A stretch of 64,000 bases of DNA, taken from the NCBI RefSeq assembly GCF_009914755.1, contig NC_060926.1; one strand, 5' to 3'. Positions 25,393 through 40,692 of the stretch are shown one piece after another (position 1 is the stretch's first letter; each line of letters begins with the position of its first letter). The DNA comes from the human T2T-CHM13v2.0 reference genome, Homo sapiens. The notes beneath the pieces were generated by a model. It made no database searches. It saw only the letters and a list, made by a program, of their open reading frames with translations, and was not told where the DNA came from. The position numbers were made by a program, and so were the translations under genes.

Positions 25393-25891
25393 TGTTATAA
25401 ACTTTTGGTGCCGCAAAAGGAATAGCACTCAAATATGAAATTTTCTTTTTAATTCTTAGCAAGGCAAGTTACTTCTATAGAAGGGTGCACCCTTACAGAT
25501 GGAGCAATGGTGAGTGCACACCTGGACAAGGGAGGGGAAGGGGTTCTTATCCCTGATGCACATGGCCTCTGCGCTGGGTAGTCCCCCTATTGGGTAGGGT
25601 TAGACCGCACAGGCTAAACTAATTCCAATTGCCTAATTTAAAGAGAATGAAGGGATGAGTACTTTGGCAGGAGTCAGGGCAGAGCAGGTAGCAGGTAATG
25701 GGAATGAGTTAGGGTGGAGCAGGTGATCGGAATAAGTCAGGGTGGATTAGGTAATCAGAATGAGTCAGGGTGGAGTAGGTAATCGAAAAAGGTTGCTTTA
25801 CCAGGAAGTTAAGTTTAAAAGTAGAAGGCAAATAATTGAACATACTGACATATTAAGTCTTTGAAAAGAAATTTACAACTCATATCTAACA
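25393..25891 (-). mobile_element. LTR10 (HERV-I; LTR10A/F-like) solo LTR with 28-bp internal VNTR
   Basis: Reverse complement begins TGTTAGATATGAGTT; 28-bp GGAATGAGTCAGGGTGGAGTAGGTAATC-type units; 4-bp TSD TTAG. Confidence 0.9.
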
Positions 25892-26047
25892 TTAGGAATT
25901 AATAATTATATTATGAAGTGATAAACTAAAGTAATAAAATTGTTAGAGAACAATGAAAGAGAAAGGAGCACATGAAAATGAACATTGCTAGATTTGCAAT
26001 GTATTAAAACATTTACTCGTGCTAACCTTTTCTTTGGAATCTATTAG

Positions 26048-27234
26048 TGTCAGGCCTCTGAGCTCAGACTAAGCCATCATATCCCCTGAGACCTGCATGT
26101 ATACATCCAGATGGCCTGAAGCAACTGAAGATCCACAAAAGAAGACATTTATGCAGCCAAAAAACACATGAAAAAATGCTCACCATCACTGGCCATCAGA
26201 GAAATGCAAATCAAAACCACAGTGAGATACCATCTCACACCAGTTAAAATGGCAATCATTAAAAAGTCAGGAAACAACAGGTGCTGGAGAGGATGTGGAG
26301 AAATAGGAGCACTTTTCCACTGTTGGTGGGACTGTAAACTAGTTCAACCATTGTGGAAGTCAGTGTGGCGATTCCTCAGGGATCTAGAACTAGAAATACC
26401 GTTTGACCCAGCCATCCCATTACTGGGTATATACCCAAACGACTATAAATCATGCTGCTATAAAGACACATGCACACATATGTTTATTGCGGCATTATTC
26501 ACAATAGCAAAGACTTGGAACCAACCCAAATGTCCAACAACAATAGACTGGATTAAGAAAATGTGGCACATATACACCATGGAATACTATGCAGCCATAA
26601 AAAATGATGAGTTCATGTCCTTTGTAGGGACATGGATGAAATTGGAAATCATCATTCTCAGTAAACTATCGCAAGAACAAAAAACCAAACACCGCATATT
26701 CTCACTCATAGGTGGGAATTGAACAATGAGAACACATGGACACAGGAAGGGGAACATCACACTCTGGGGACTGCTGTGGGTTGGGGGGAGGGGGGAGGGA
26801 TAACATTGGGAGATATACCTAATGCTAGATGACGAGTTAGTGGGTGCAGCGCACCAGCATGGCACATGTATACGTATGTAACTAACCTGCACATTATGCA
26901 CATGTACCCTAAAACTTAAAGTATAATAATAATAATAAAAAGAAAAATAAATGAAAAAAAAAAAAGAAGTGAAAATAGCCTTAACCGATGACATTCCACA
27001 ATTGTGATTTGTTCCTGCCCCACCCTAACTGATACAATATAGTCTCCCCCACCCTTAAGAAGGTACTTTGTATGGCTTTGTATGCCTATCCCAAACCTAT
27101 AAGAACTAATCATAATTCCACCACCCTTTGCTGAGTCTTTTCGGACTCAGCCCGCCTGCACCCAGGTGAAATAAACAGCCTTGTTGCTCACACAAAACCT
27201 GTTTGGTGGTTTCTTCACAGGGACGTGCATGACA
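26048..27234 (+). mobile_element. HERV-H solo LTR (LTR7B/type II-like) split by an L1
   Basis: TGTCAGGCCTCTGAG start, CCTTAAGAAGGTACTTTG type II motif, end CGTGCATGACA; 5-bp TSD ATTAG at 26043-26047 and 27235-27239. Confidence 0.93.
26145..26961 (+). mobile_element. 5'-truncated young L1 (L1PA2/3-like)
   Basis: Open ORF2 C-terminus 26168-26722 ending SLIGGN, 3'UTR with GAG at the Ta-diagnostic site, poly(A); TSD AAAAGAAG. Confidence 0.97.
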
Positions 27235-27604
27235 ATTAGACTTTGTGCTCTACTGAATGAGGGAATAAATCAAGAAAGAAGACATGGATCACTGGACTCA
27301 ACATAAGAAAGGGTTGAAGGAAAACCCCATAATGATGGTGAAAGGTAACAGCTTTGCAGAAATAAAGTCCAAGTTTGTGGTTCAGAGACTAGAGCCTGTC
27401 AGAAAGAGGATGACCAGACTGGAGCCTTTTAGAAAGCTCCAGCAAAGATTGTTTTCAGGAAAGTAAAATTGATGGTATTGGGAGAAGAGAGGAGCAATTG
27501 TTATACTGTTTTGGGTTGAATTAATAAGAATGTAACCACTGTATCATTAATTTCAATAAAATAAAGAGTAGTGTTTGAAATAAAAAGTAATCGCACTATA
27601 ATGC

Positions 27605-27788
27605 TGTAGTTCTCAACAATTTGCAGACATCAGAATCTCCTAGAGGGCTTATAAAAACACAAATTCTTGGGTCCCATCTTCAAAGTTTCTAACAAATCTG
27701 GTGTGATACCCAAGAATTTGCAGCTGTCTCAAATTCTAAGGTAATGCTGACTTTGCTTGTCCAGGGCTGACAATCTGGGAACCATTGG
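27605..27788. mobile_element. MER5A (hAT-Charlie)
   Basis: GTAGTTCTCAA...CATCAGAATCTCCTAGAGGGCTT...CCCAAGAATTTGCA...GGGAACCATTG with degenerate terminal inverted repeats. Confidence 0.8.
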
Positions 27789-28012
27789 TATAGTATGTGG
27801 CTCAGACGTGAAAGTGTTTGTGCAGTCATGATAACGTAATGATGAATATGGATTTAAGAGATGGTTGTATAAGATGATAGAGTCAGTATGTAAACATGTG
27901 TAAAGGGGTGGGGAAAAGGGGAGAATAAACAGCTAAATCTCCATTTTTCTATAAGGTCAAAAGATATCTAAACCTGAAAAATAAACACTTAGAAATATAA
28001 GCATTCTGTTTA

Positions 28013-28307
<295 letters not shown>

Positions 28308-28692
28308 AAGTATTCTATTTAAAGGTATAAAGATAAATATCAAATATATCAGTTAAAAGAAGTTTAAATATTTTTCTGTGGTGAGAAGGAAATGGTAGAC
28401 AGGAACACGGGCTGTTTCAAAGGCTCCCTGCTTATCAAAGGGCGAAATCACCATGAAAAAGCATAAAAATGTGAACTGTGCATTTCTAAACAGGCCATTT
28501 GTTTAGAGTATGGGAGCTGAAACAAGAATGGAGGATGTCCCTTGTTCCACCTTGGCTGGGAGCTTGTGAGTCAGGAGATTCAACTTTATTTTGCTGCTCT
28601 GCCTGTGATGAGGAAAGTAATACGAAGTATTGATTTGGGGGTTAGAAACAAAGTGTACCCAGTAGGCAAATTTGCAAGTACAGAATCCACAC

Positions 28693-29113
28693 TGTCAGGC
28701 CTCTGAGCCCAAGCTAAGCCATCATATCCCCTGTGACCTGCATGTACATATCCAGATGGCTGTACACATCCAGATGGCTGCTTCCTGCCTTAACTGATGA
28801 CATTCCACCACAAAAGAAGTGAAAATGGCCTGTTCCTGCCCTAACTGATGACATTACCTTGTGAAATTCCTTCTCCTGGCTCATCCTGGCTCAAAAGCTC
28901 CCCTGCTGAGCACCTGGTGAACCCCCACCCCTGCCCACCAGAGAATAACCCCCCTTTTTTCCTTTACCTACCCAAATCTTATAAAACACCCCATCCCTAT
29001 CTCCCTTCGCTGACTCTCTTTTCAGACTCAGCCCTCCTGCACCCAGGTGATTAAAAGCTTTATGGCTCACACAAAGCCTGTTTGGTGGTCTCTTCACACG
29101 GACACAAGTGAAA
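28693..29113 (+). promoter_or_regulatory. 5' LTR7 of HERV-H (promoter/enhancer)
   Basis: TGTCAGGCC...GAAA; ACAAAAGA 28810-28817, TATAAAA 28980-28986, ATTAAA 29050-29055. Confidence 0.9.
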
Positions 29114-29115
29114 TT

Positions 29116-29133
29116 TGGTGCCATGACTCAGAT
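29116..29133 (+). other. tRNA-His primer binding site
   Basis: TGGTGCCATGACTCAGAT just after the 5' LTR, a CpG-decayed form of TGGTGCCGTGACTCGGAT. Confidence 0.9.
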
Positions 29134-29799
29134 CGAGGGACCTCCCTTGGGAGATCAATCCCCTGTCCTCCTGCTCTTTGCTCCATGAAAAAGATCCACC
29201 TACAACCTCAGGTCCTGAGACCCACCAGCCCAAGGAACATCTCACCAATTTTAAATCAGGTAAGCGGCCTCTTCTTACTTGCTTCTCCAACCTCTCTCAC
29301 TATCCCTCAACCACTTTCTCCTTTCAATCTTGGTGCCACTCTTCAATCTCTCCCTTCTCTTAATTTCAATTCCTTTCATTTTCTGGTAGAGACAAAGGAG
29401 ACACATTTTATCCGTGGACCCAAAACTCTGGCACTGGTCATGGACTCGGGAAGGCAGCCTTCCCTTGGTGTTTAATCATTGCAGGGATGCCTGATTGTTC
29501 ACCCACGTTTCAGAGGTGTCTGACCATGTGGGGATACCTGCCTTGATCCTTCAATCTTAGTGGCAAGTACTGCTTTTCTGGGGGACAAGAACCCCCCAAC
29601 CCCTTCTGTGTCTCTGCCACTTCTCCACTTTCCTGGGGGGCAAGCACCCCCCACCCCTTCTCTCCATGTCTCTACCCTCTCTTTTCTCTGGACTTGCCTC
29701 CTTCACTATAGGCAACCTTCCACCCTCCATTCCTTCTTCTCCCTTCGCCTGTGTTCTTAAAAACCTAAAACCTCTTCAACTCACACCTGACCTAAAACC

Positions 29800-30930
29800 T
29801 AAATGCCTTACTTTCTTCTGCAATGCCGCTTGACCCCAATACAAACTCGACAGTGGTTCCAAATAGCCAGAAAACAGCACTTTCAATTTTTCCATCCTAC
29901 AAGATCTAAATAATTCTTGTCGTAAAATGGGCAAACAGTCTGAGGTGGCTGATGTCCAGGCATTCTTTTACACATCGGTCCCTCCCTAGTCTCAGTTCCC
30001 AATGCAACTCATCCTTCTTTCCTTCCCACCTGTCCCCTCAGTCCCAACCCCAAGCATCACTGAGTCTTTCTAATCTTCCTTTTCTACAGACACATCTGAC
30101 CTCTCCCCTCTTTGCCAGGCCGAGCTATGCAATTCTTCCTCAGCCTGTGCTCCTCCACCCTGTAATCCTTTTATCACCTCCCCTCCTCACACCTGGTCTG
30201 GCTTACAGTTTCGTTCCACCACCTGTCCAGCAATTTCCTCTTTAAAAAGTGGCTGGAGCTAAAGGGATAGTCAAGGTTAATACTCCTTTTTATTTATCCG
30301 ACTTCTTCCAAATCAGTTAGTGTTTAGGCTCTTTTTCATCAAATATGAAAAACCCAGCCCAGTTCATACCCCATTTAGCAGCAACCCTGAGACGCTTTAC
30401 AGCCCTAGACCCTGAAAAGCCAAAAGGCCGTCTTACTCTCAATATACATTTTATTTTATTACCCAATCTGCTCCTCACATTAAATAAAGCTCCAAAAATT
30501 AAATTCCAGCCCTCAAACCCCACAACAGGACTTAATTAACCTCGTCTTCAAGGAGTACTGTAATAAAGTAGAGGTAGCCAAGTAGCACTGTATTTCTGAA
30601 TTGCAATTCCTTGCCTCCACTGTAAGACAAACCCCAGCCACATCTCCAGCACGTAAGAACTCCAAATGCCTGAACTGCAGCTGCCAGGGGTTCCTCCAGA
30701 ACCTTCTCCCCCAGAAGCTTGCTACAAGTGCTGGAAATCTGGCCACTGGGCCAAGGAATGCCCACAGCTCAGGATTCCTCCTGAGCCATGTCCCATCTGT
30801 GCAGGACCTCACTGAAAATCGGACTGTTCAACTCACCTAGCAGCCACTTCCAGAGCCCCTGGAACTCTGGCCCAAGGCTCTCTGACTGATTCCTTCCCAG
30901 ATCTTCTCGACTTAGCAGCTGAAGACTGAC
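29800..30930 (+). pseudogene. gag: HERV-H gag remnant
   Basis: CCHC zinc knuckle CYKCWKSGHWAKEC at 30720-30761; stops and frameshifts; start approximate. Confidence 0.8.
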
Positions 30931-30959
30931 ACTGCCCGATTGCCTTGGAAGCCTACAGG

Positions 30960-32880
30960 ACAATCACAGATGCTCTGGGTAACTCTCACAGTGGAGGGTA
31001 AGTCCGTCCCCTTCTTAATCAATATGGAGGCTACCCACTCCACATTACCTTCTTTTCAAGGGCCTGTTTCTCTTGCCTCCATAACTGTTGTGGGTATTGA
31101 TGGCCAGGCTTCTAAACCTCTTGAAACTCCCCAACTCTGGTGCCAACTTAGACAATACTCTTTTAAGCACTCCTTTTTAGTTATCCCCACCTGCCCAGTT
31201 CCCTTTTTAGGCTGAGACACTTTAACTAAATTATCTGCTTCCCTGACTATTCCTGGGCTACAGCCACACCTCATTGCCACCTTTTCCCCCAGTTCAAAGT
31301 CTCCTTCACATCCTCCCCTTGTATCTCCTCACCTTAACCCACAAGTATAAGACACCTCTACTCCCTCCTTAGTGACCAATCATGTACCCCTTACCATCCC
31401 ATTAAAATCTAATCACCCTTACCCCACTCAATGCCAATATCCCATCCCACAGCATGCTTTAAAAGGATTATAGTCTGTTATCACTCGCCTGCTACAGCAT
31501 GGCCTTTTAAAGCCTGTAAACTCCCCTTATAATTCCCCCATTTTGCCTGTCCTAAAACCAGACAAGTCTTACAAGTTAGTTCGGGATCTGCGCCTTATCA
31601 ACCAAATTGTTTTGCCTATCTACCCCGTGGTGCCAAACCCATATACTCTCCTATCCTCAATACCTCCCTCCACAACCCATTATTCTGTTCTGGATTTCAA
31701 ACATGCTTTCTTTACTATTCCTTTGCACCCTTCATCCCAGCCTCTCTTCGCTTTCACTTGGACTGACCCTAACACCCATCAGGCTCAGCAAATTACCTGG
31801 GCTGTACGGCCACAAGCCTTCACAGACAGCCCCCATTACTTCAGTCAAGCTCAAATTTCTTCCTCATCTGTTACCTATCTCAGCATAATTCCCATAAAAA
31901 CACACGTGCTCTCCCTGCCGATCATGTCTGACTGATCTCTCAAACCCCAACACCTTCTACAAAACAACAACTCCTTTCCTTCCTAGGCATGGTTGGATAC
32001 TTTTGACTTTAGATACTTGGTTTTGCCATCCTAACAAAACCATTATATAAGCTCACAAAAGGAAACCTAGCTGACCCCATAGATCCTAAATCCTTTCCCC
32101 ACTCCTCTTTCCATTCCTTGAAGACAGCTTTAGAGAATGCCCCCACCCTAGCTCTCTGTGACTCATCCCAAACCTTTTCATTACCCACAGCTGAAGTGCA
32201 GGGCTGTGCAGTCAGAATTCTTACACAAGAACCAGGACCGCGCCCTGTAGCCTTTTTATCCAAACAACTTGACCTTACTGTTTTAGCCCTCAAGTCTGCA
32301 TGCAGCGGCTGCCGCTGCCCTAATACTTTTAGAGGCCCTTAGAATCACAAACTATGCTCAACTCACTCTCTAGAGTTCTCATAACTTTCAAAATCTATTT
32401 TCTTCCTCCCTCACACCTGACACATATACTGTCTGCTCCCTGGCTCCTTCAGCTGTACTCACTCTTTGTTGAGTCTCCCACAATTACCATTGTTCCTGGC
32501 CCGGACTTCAATCCTGCCTCCCACATTATTCCTGATACCACACCTGACCCCCATGACTGTATCTCTCTGATCCACCTGACATTCACCCCATTTCCCCATA
32601 TTTCCTTCTTTCCTGTTCCTCACTCTGATCACTTGGTTTATTGATGGCAGTTCCACCAAGCCTAATCGCCACACAGCAGCAAAGGCAGGCTATGCTATAG
32701 TAGAAGCCACTAGCCCGCCTCTTAGAACCTCTCATTTCCTTTCCATCGTGGAAATCTATGCTCAAGGAATTAACTTCTCAGTGTTCCCTCTGCTATTCTA
32801 CTACCCCTCAGGGATTATTCAGGCCCCCTCCCTTCCCTACACATCAAGCTCATGGATTTGCCCCTGCCCAGGACTGGCAA
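30960..32880 (+). pseudogene. pol: HERV-H pro-pol remnant with internal deletions
   Basis: Protease-like FLINMEATHS, RT PVLKPDKSYKLVRDLRLIN...SVLDFKHAFFTIPL...PQAFTDSP; no YxDD after this block; RNase H DGSS remnant; integrase mostly absent. Confidence 0.9.
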
Positions 32881-33002
32881 CTCTTAACTCCCTCTTAGAG
32901 TGGATAGATGATCTTAGCTGGCAGGGAACCCTCCAATACTTTCACCCTGAGGAAGTTCTATTCTTTACTTTTATACTCACTCTTATTCTCATTCCCATTC
33001 TT

Positions 33003-34645
33003 ATGCCACCCTCTCCTCTCCCCAGCTATCTCCACCACACTATCAACCTTACTCATTCTCTCCTAGCTGTTTTTAATCCCTCCTTAGCAAACAACCGCTG
33101 GCTTTGCATTTCCCTTCCTTCTAGCACCTACACAGCTGTCCCCGCCTTACATGCAGACTAGGCAACATCTCCTGTCTCCCTACACCTCTGAACTTCCTTT
33201 AACAGCCCTCACCTTTACCCTCCTGAAGAGCTCATTTACTTTCTAGACAGGTCCAGCAAGACCTCTCCAGACATTTCACATCAGCAAGATGCCACCCTCC
33301 TCCATGCTTACTTAAAAAACCTTTCTCCTTATATCAACTCTACTCCCCCCATATTTAGACCTCTCACAACACAAACTACTATTCCTGTGGCTGCTCCTTT
33401 ATGTATCTCTCGGCAAAGACCCACTGGAATTCCCCTAAGTAACGTTTCACCTTCTCAATGTTACTTCACTCTTCATCTCCAAAGCCCAACTACAAACATC
33501 ACTGAAACAATTGGAGCCTCCCAGCTCCATATTACAGACAAGCCCTCTATCAATACTAGCAAGCTTAAAAACATTAGCAGTAATTATTGCTTAGGAAGAC
33601 ACCCTGTATTTTACTCCATCCTTGGCTACCTTCCCCTTGCTCGACAGACTCTCCTCCCAGGCCCTCTTCTTGTTTACTTATACCCAGCCCTGAAAATAAC
33701 AGTGAAAGGTTGCTCATAGACACTTGATGATTTTCTCCTACACCATGAAAATCGAACCTCCCCCTCTATGCAGTTACCTCATCAGTCCCCATTAAAATCT
33801 CTGATGGCTGCCGCCCTAGCTGGATCCCTAGGAGTCTGGGTACAGGACAGCCCTTTCCTTCTCATCTCAGGACTCCTTCTCCTCTTTTTACTTTGCATCT
33901 CCAGTTTTGCCTCGCACAAGGTCTCTTCTTCCTCTGTGGATCCTCTACCTACATGTGTCTACCTGCTAATTGGACAGGCACATGCACACTAGTTTTCCTT
34001 AGTCCCAAAATTCAATTTGCAAAAGAGCTCCCTGTTCCCCTCATGACACTGACATGACAAAAAAGAGTTATTCCACTAATTCCCTTGCTTGTCAGTTTAG
34101 GACTTTCTGCTTCCACTATTGCTCTCGGTACTGGAATAGCAGGCATTTCTACCTCTGTCATGACATTCCGTAGCCTCTCTAATGATTTCTCTGCTAGCAT
34201 CACAGACATATCACAAACGTTATCAGTCTTCCAAGCCCAAGTTGACTCTTTAGCTGCAGTTTTCCTCCAAAACCGCTGAGGCCTTGACTTACTCACTGCT
34301 GAAAAACGACAACTCTGTATATTCTTAAATGAAGAGTGTTGTTTTTACCTAAATCAATCTGACCTGGTATATGACAACATAAAAAAACTCAAGGATAGAG
34401 CCCAAAAACTTGCCAATCAAGCAAGTAATTACACTGAACACCCTTGGGCACTCTCTAATTGGATGTCCTTGGTCCTCCCAATTCTTAGTCCTTTAACACC
34501 TGTTTTTCTCCTTCTCTTATTCCATTTAGTCTTTCAATTCATACAAAACCATATCTAGGCCATCGCCAATAATTCTACACAACAAATGTTTCTTCTAACA
34601 ACCCCACAATATCATCCCTTACCACAACATCTTCCTTCAGCTTAA
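33003..34645 (+). pseudogene. env: HERV-H env remnant (SU and TM)
   Basis: Cleavage site *QKR/VIPLIPL, fusion peptide LGLSASTIALGTGIAG, immunosuppressive domain LQNR*GLDLLTAE and CIFLNEECC (CX6CC); several stops. Confidence 0.92.
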
Positions 34646-34805
34646 TCTCTCCGACTCTAGGTTCCTACACTGCCCCAACCCCGCTCGAAGCAGCCCTGAG
34701 AAACATTGCCCATTATCTCTCCATACCACCCCCAAAAATTTTTACCGCCCCAACACTTTACCACTATTTCATTTTATTTTTCATATTAATATAAGAAGGC
34801 AGGAA

Positions 34806-35232
34806 TGTCAGGCCTCTGAGCCCAAGCTAAGCCATCATATCCCCTGTGACCTGCAGGTACACATCCAGATGGCTGTACACATCCAGATGGCTGCTTCCTG
34901 CCTTAACTGATGACATTCCACCACAAAAGAAGTGAAAATGGCCTGTTCTTGCCCTAACTGATGACATTACCTTGTGAAATTCCTTCTCCTGGCTCATCCT
35001 GGCTCAAAAGCTCCCCTGCTGAGCACCTTGTGACTCCTCCCACCCCTGCCCGCCAGAGAACAACCCCCCTTTTTTCCTTTACCTACCCAAATCTTATGAA
35101 ACGGCCCCACCCCTATCTCCCTTCGCTGACTCTCTTTTCAGACTCAACCTGCCTGCACCTAGTCACTGATTAAAAGCTTTATTGCTCACAAAAAGCCTGT
35201 ATGGTGGTCTCTTCACACGGACGTGAGGGAAA
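34806..35232 (+). promoter_or_regulatory. 3' LTR7 of HERV-H (polyadenylation)
   Basis: Follows purine tract AAGAAGGCAGGAA; ATTAAA 35169-35174; TATA mutated to TATGAAA. Confidence 0.9.
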
Positions 35233-35299
35233 CACACAAAATGAAAATTGGCTGTACTTTTCTTCTTAAATTACCATCAGTATGCCAGCAACTACAAAA

Positions 35300-35510
35300 C
35301 AGATAGGATTCTGCTCAAATCTTCCTGGTGTCTCTGTATCCTGTCACATCCACCTGCCTCCTTGCAAGTTCTATTTAAATATCTTAAAGGAATAAAAATT
35401 CCAGTTTACCCCAAACTGAATTATTCTCTCTGCCCAGCAAAATCTGCAAATTTTCTGTATTCTGAATGATATTTTTAGCTTAAAATTCTTATCATATGAC
35501 TCCCAGTTTG
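35300..35510 (+). mobile_element. L2 fragment, apparently continuing at about 41700-41970 beyond the L1PA
   Basis: CCACCTGCCTCC...CCCCAAACTGAATTATTC and downstream TTTAAGCATCACTTATTCAGAGAGATCCTTC resemble L2. Confidence 0.5.
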
Positions 35511-35774
35511 AAGGTGTGTCTGCAGGTTTGTTACAAGTCAGTATCTTCAGTTCAAACTTCTTTTTTTAAAATTATACTTTAAGTTCTGGGGTACATGTGC
35601 ACAACTTGCAGCTTCGATACATAGGTATACATGTGCCATGTTGGTTTGCTGCACCCATCAAATCATCATTTACATTAGGTATTTCTCCTAATGCTATCCC
35701 TCCCTTAGCCCCCCGACCCCCGACAGGCCTCAGTGTGTGATGTTCCCCATCCTGTGTCCAAGTGATCTCATTGC

Positions 35775-39603
<3,829 letters not shown>

Positions 39604-39666
39604 TATGATGTTCACTGGTTATTTTGCCCATTAATTGATACAGTTTCTTCATAGCATTGATGGTCT

Positions 39667-40692
39667 TTGCAATATGGCCTGTTTTTGCAGTGGCTCGTAC
39701 CGGTTGTTTCTTTCCATGTTTATTGCATCCTTCAGGAGCTCTTGTAAGGCAGGCCTGGTGATGACAAAACCTCTCAGCATTTGCTTGTCTGTAAAGGATT
39801 TTATTTCTCCTTCACATATGAAGCTTAGTTTGGCTGGATATGAAATTCTGGGTTGAAAATTATTTTCTTTAAGAATGTTGAGTATTGTCCCCCACTCTCT
39901 TCTGGGTTGTAGGGTTTCTGCTGAGAGATCCGCTATTAGTCTGATGGGCTTCCCTTTGTCGGTAACTCGACCTTTCTCTCTGGCTGCCCTTGACACTTTT
40001 TCCTTCATTTCAACCATGGTGAATCTGACTAGTATATGTCTTGGGGTTGCTCTTTTCGAGGAGTATCTTTGTGGTGTTGTCTGTATTTCCTGAATTTAAA
40101 TGTTGGCCTGTCTTGCTATGTTGGGGAAATTCTCCTGGATAATATCCTGGGGAGTGTTTTTCAACTTGGTTCCATTCTCCCCATCACTTTCATGTACACC
40201 AGTCAAATGTAGATTTGGTCTTTTCACATAGTCCCATATTTCTTGGAGGCTTTGTTCATTTCTTTTCACTCTTTTTTCTCTAAACTGGTCTTCTTGCTTT
40301 ATTTCATTAATTTGATCTTCAATCACTGATACCCTTTCTTCCACTTGATTGAATCAGCTATTGAAGCTTGTGCATGCGTCACAAAGTTCTTGTGCCATGA
40401 TTTTCAGCTCCATCAGGTCATTTAAGGTCTTCTCTACACTGTTTATTCTAGTTAGCCATTCGTCTAATCTTTTTTCAAGGTTTTTAGCTTCCTTGAGATG
40501 GGTTCGAGCATCCTCCTTTAGCTCGGAGAAATTTGTTATTACTGACCTTCTGAAGCCTACTTCTGTCAACTGGTCAAAGTCATTCTCCATCCAGCTTTGT
40601 TCTATTGCTGGCCAGGAGCTGCGATCCTTTGGAGGAGAAGAGGTGCTCTGATTTTTAGAATTTTAAGCTTTTCTGCTCTTGTTTCTCCCCAT
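39667..40692 (-). pseudogene. L1 ORF1, disrupted
   Basis: MENDFD, WDYVKRPNL, YPAKLSF motifs in separate fragments; early in-frame stop. Confidence 0.95.

Larger units (their letters stand above)
28693..35232 (+). mobile_element. HERV-H provirus (6.5 kb) with two LTR7 LTRs
   Basis: LTR-PBS(His)-gag-pro-pol-env-PPT-LTR order; 5-bp TSD CACAC at 28688-28692 and 35233-35237. Confidence 0.98.

Noticed and set aside
26168-26722. Open 184-aa ORF
   Set aside because: C-terminal end of L1 ORF2 in a young truncated copy; openness reflects its age.
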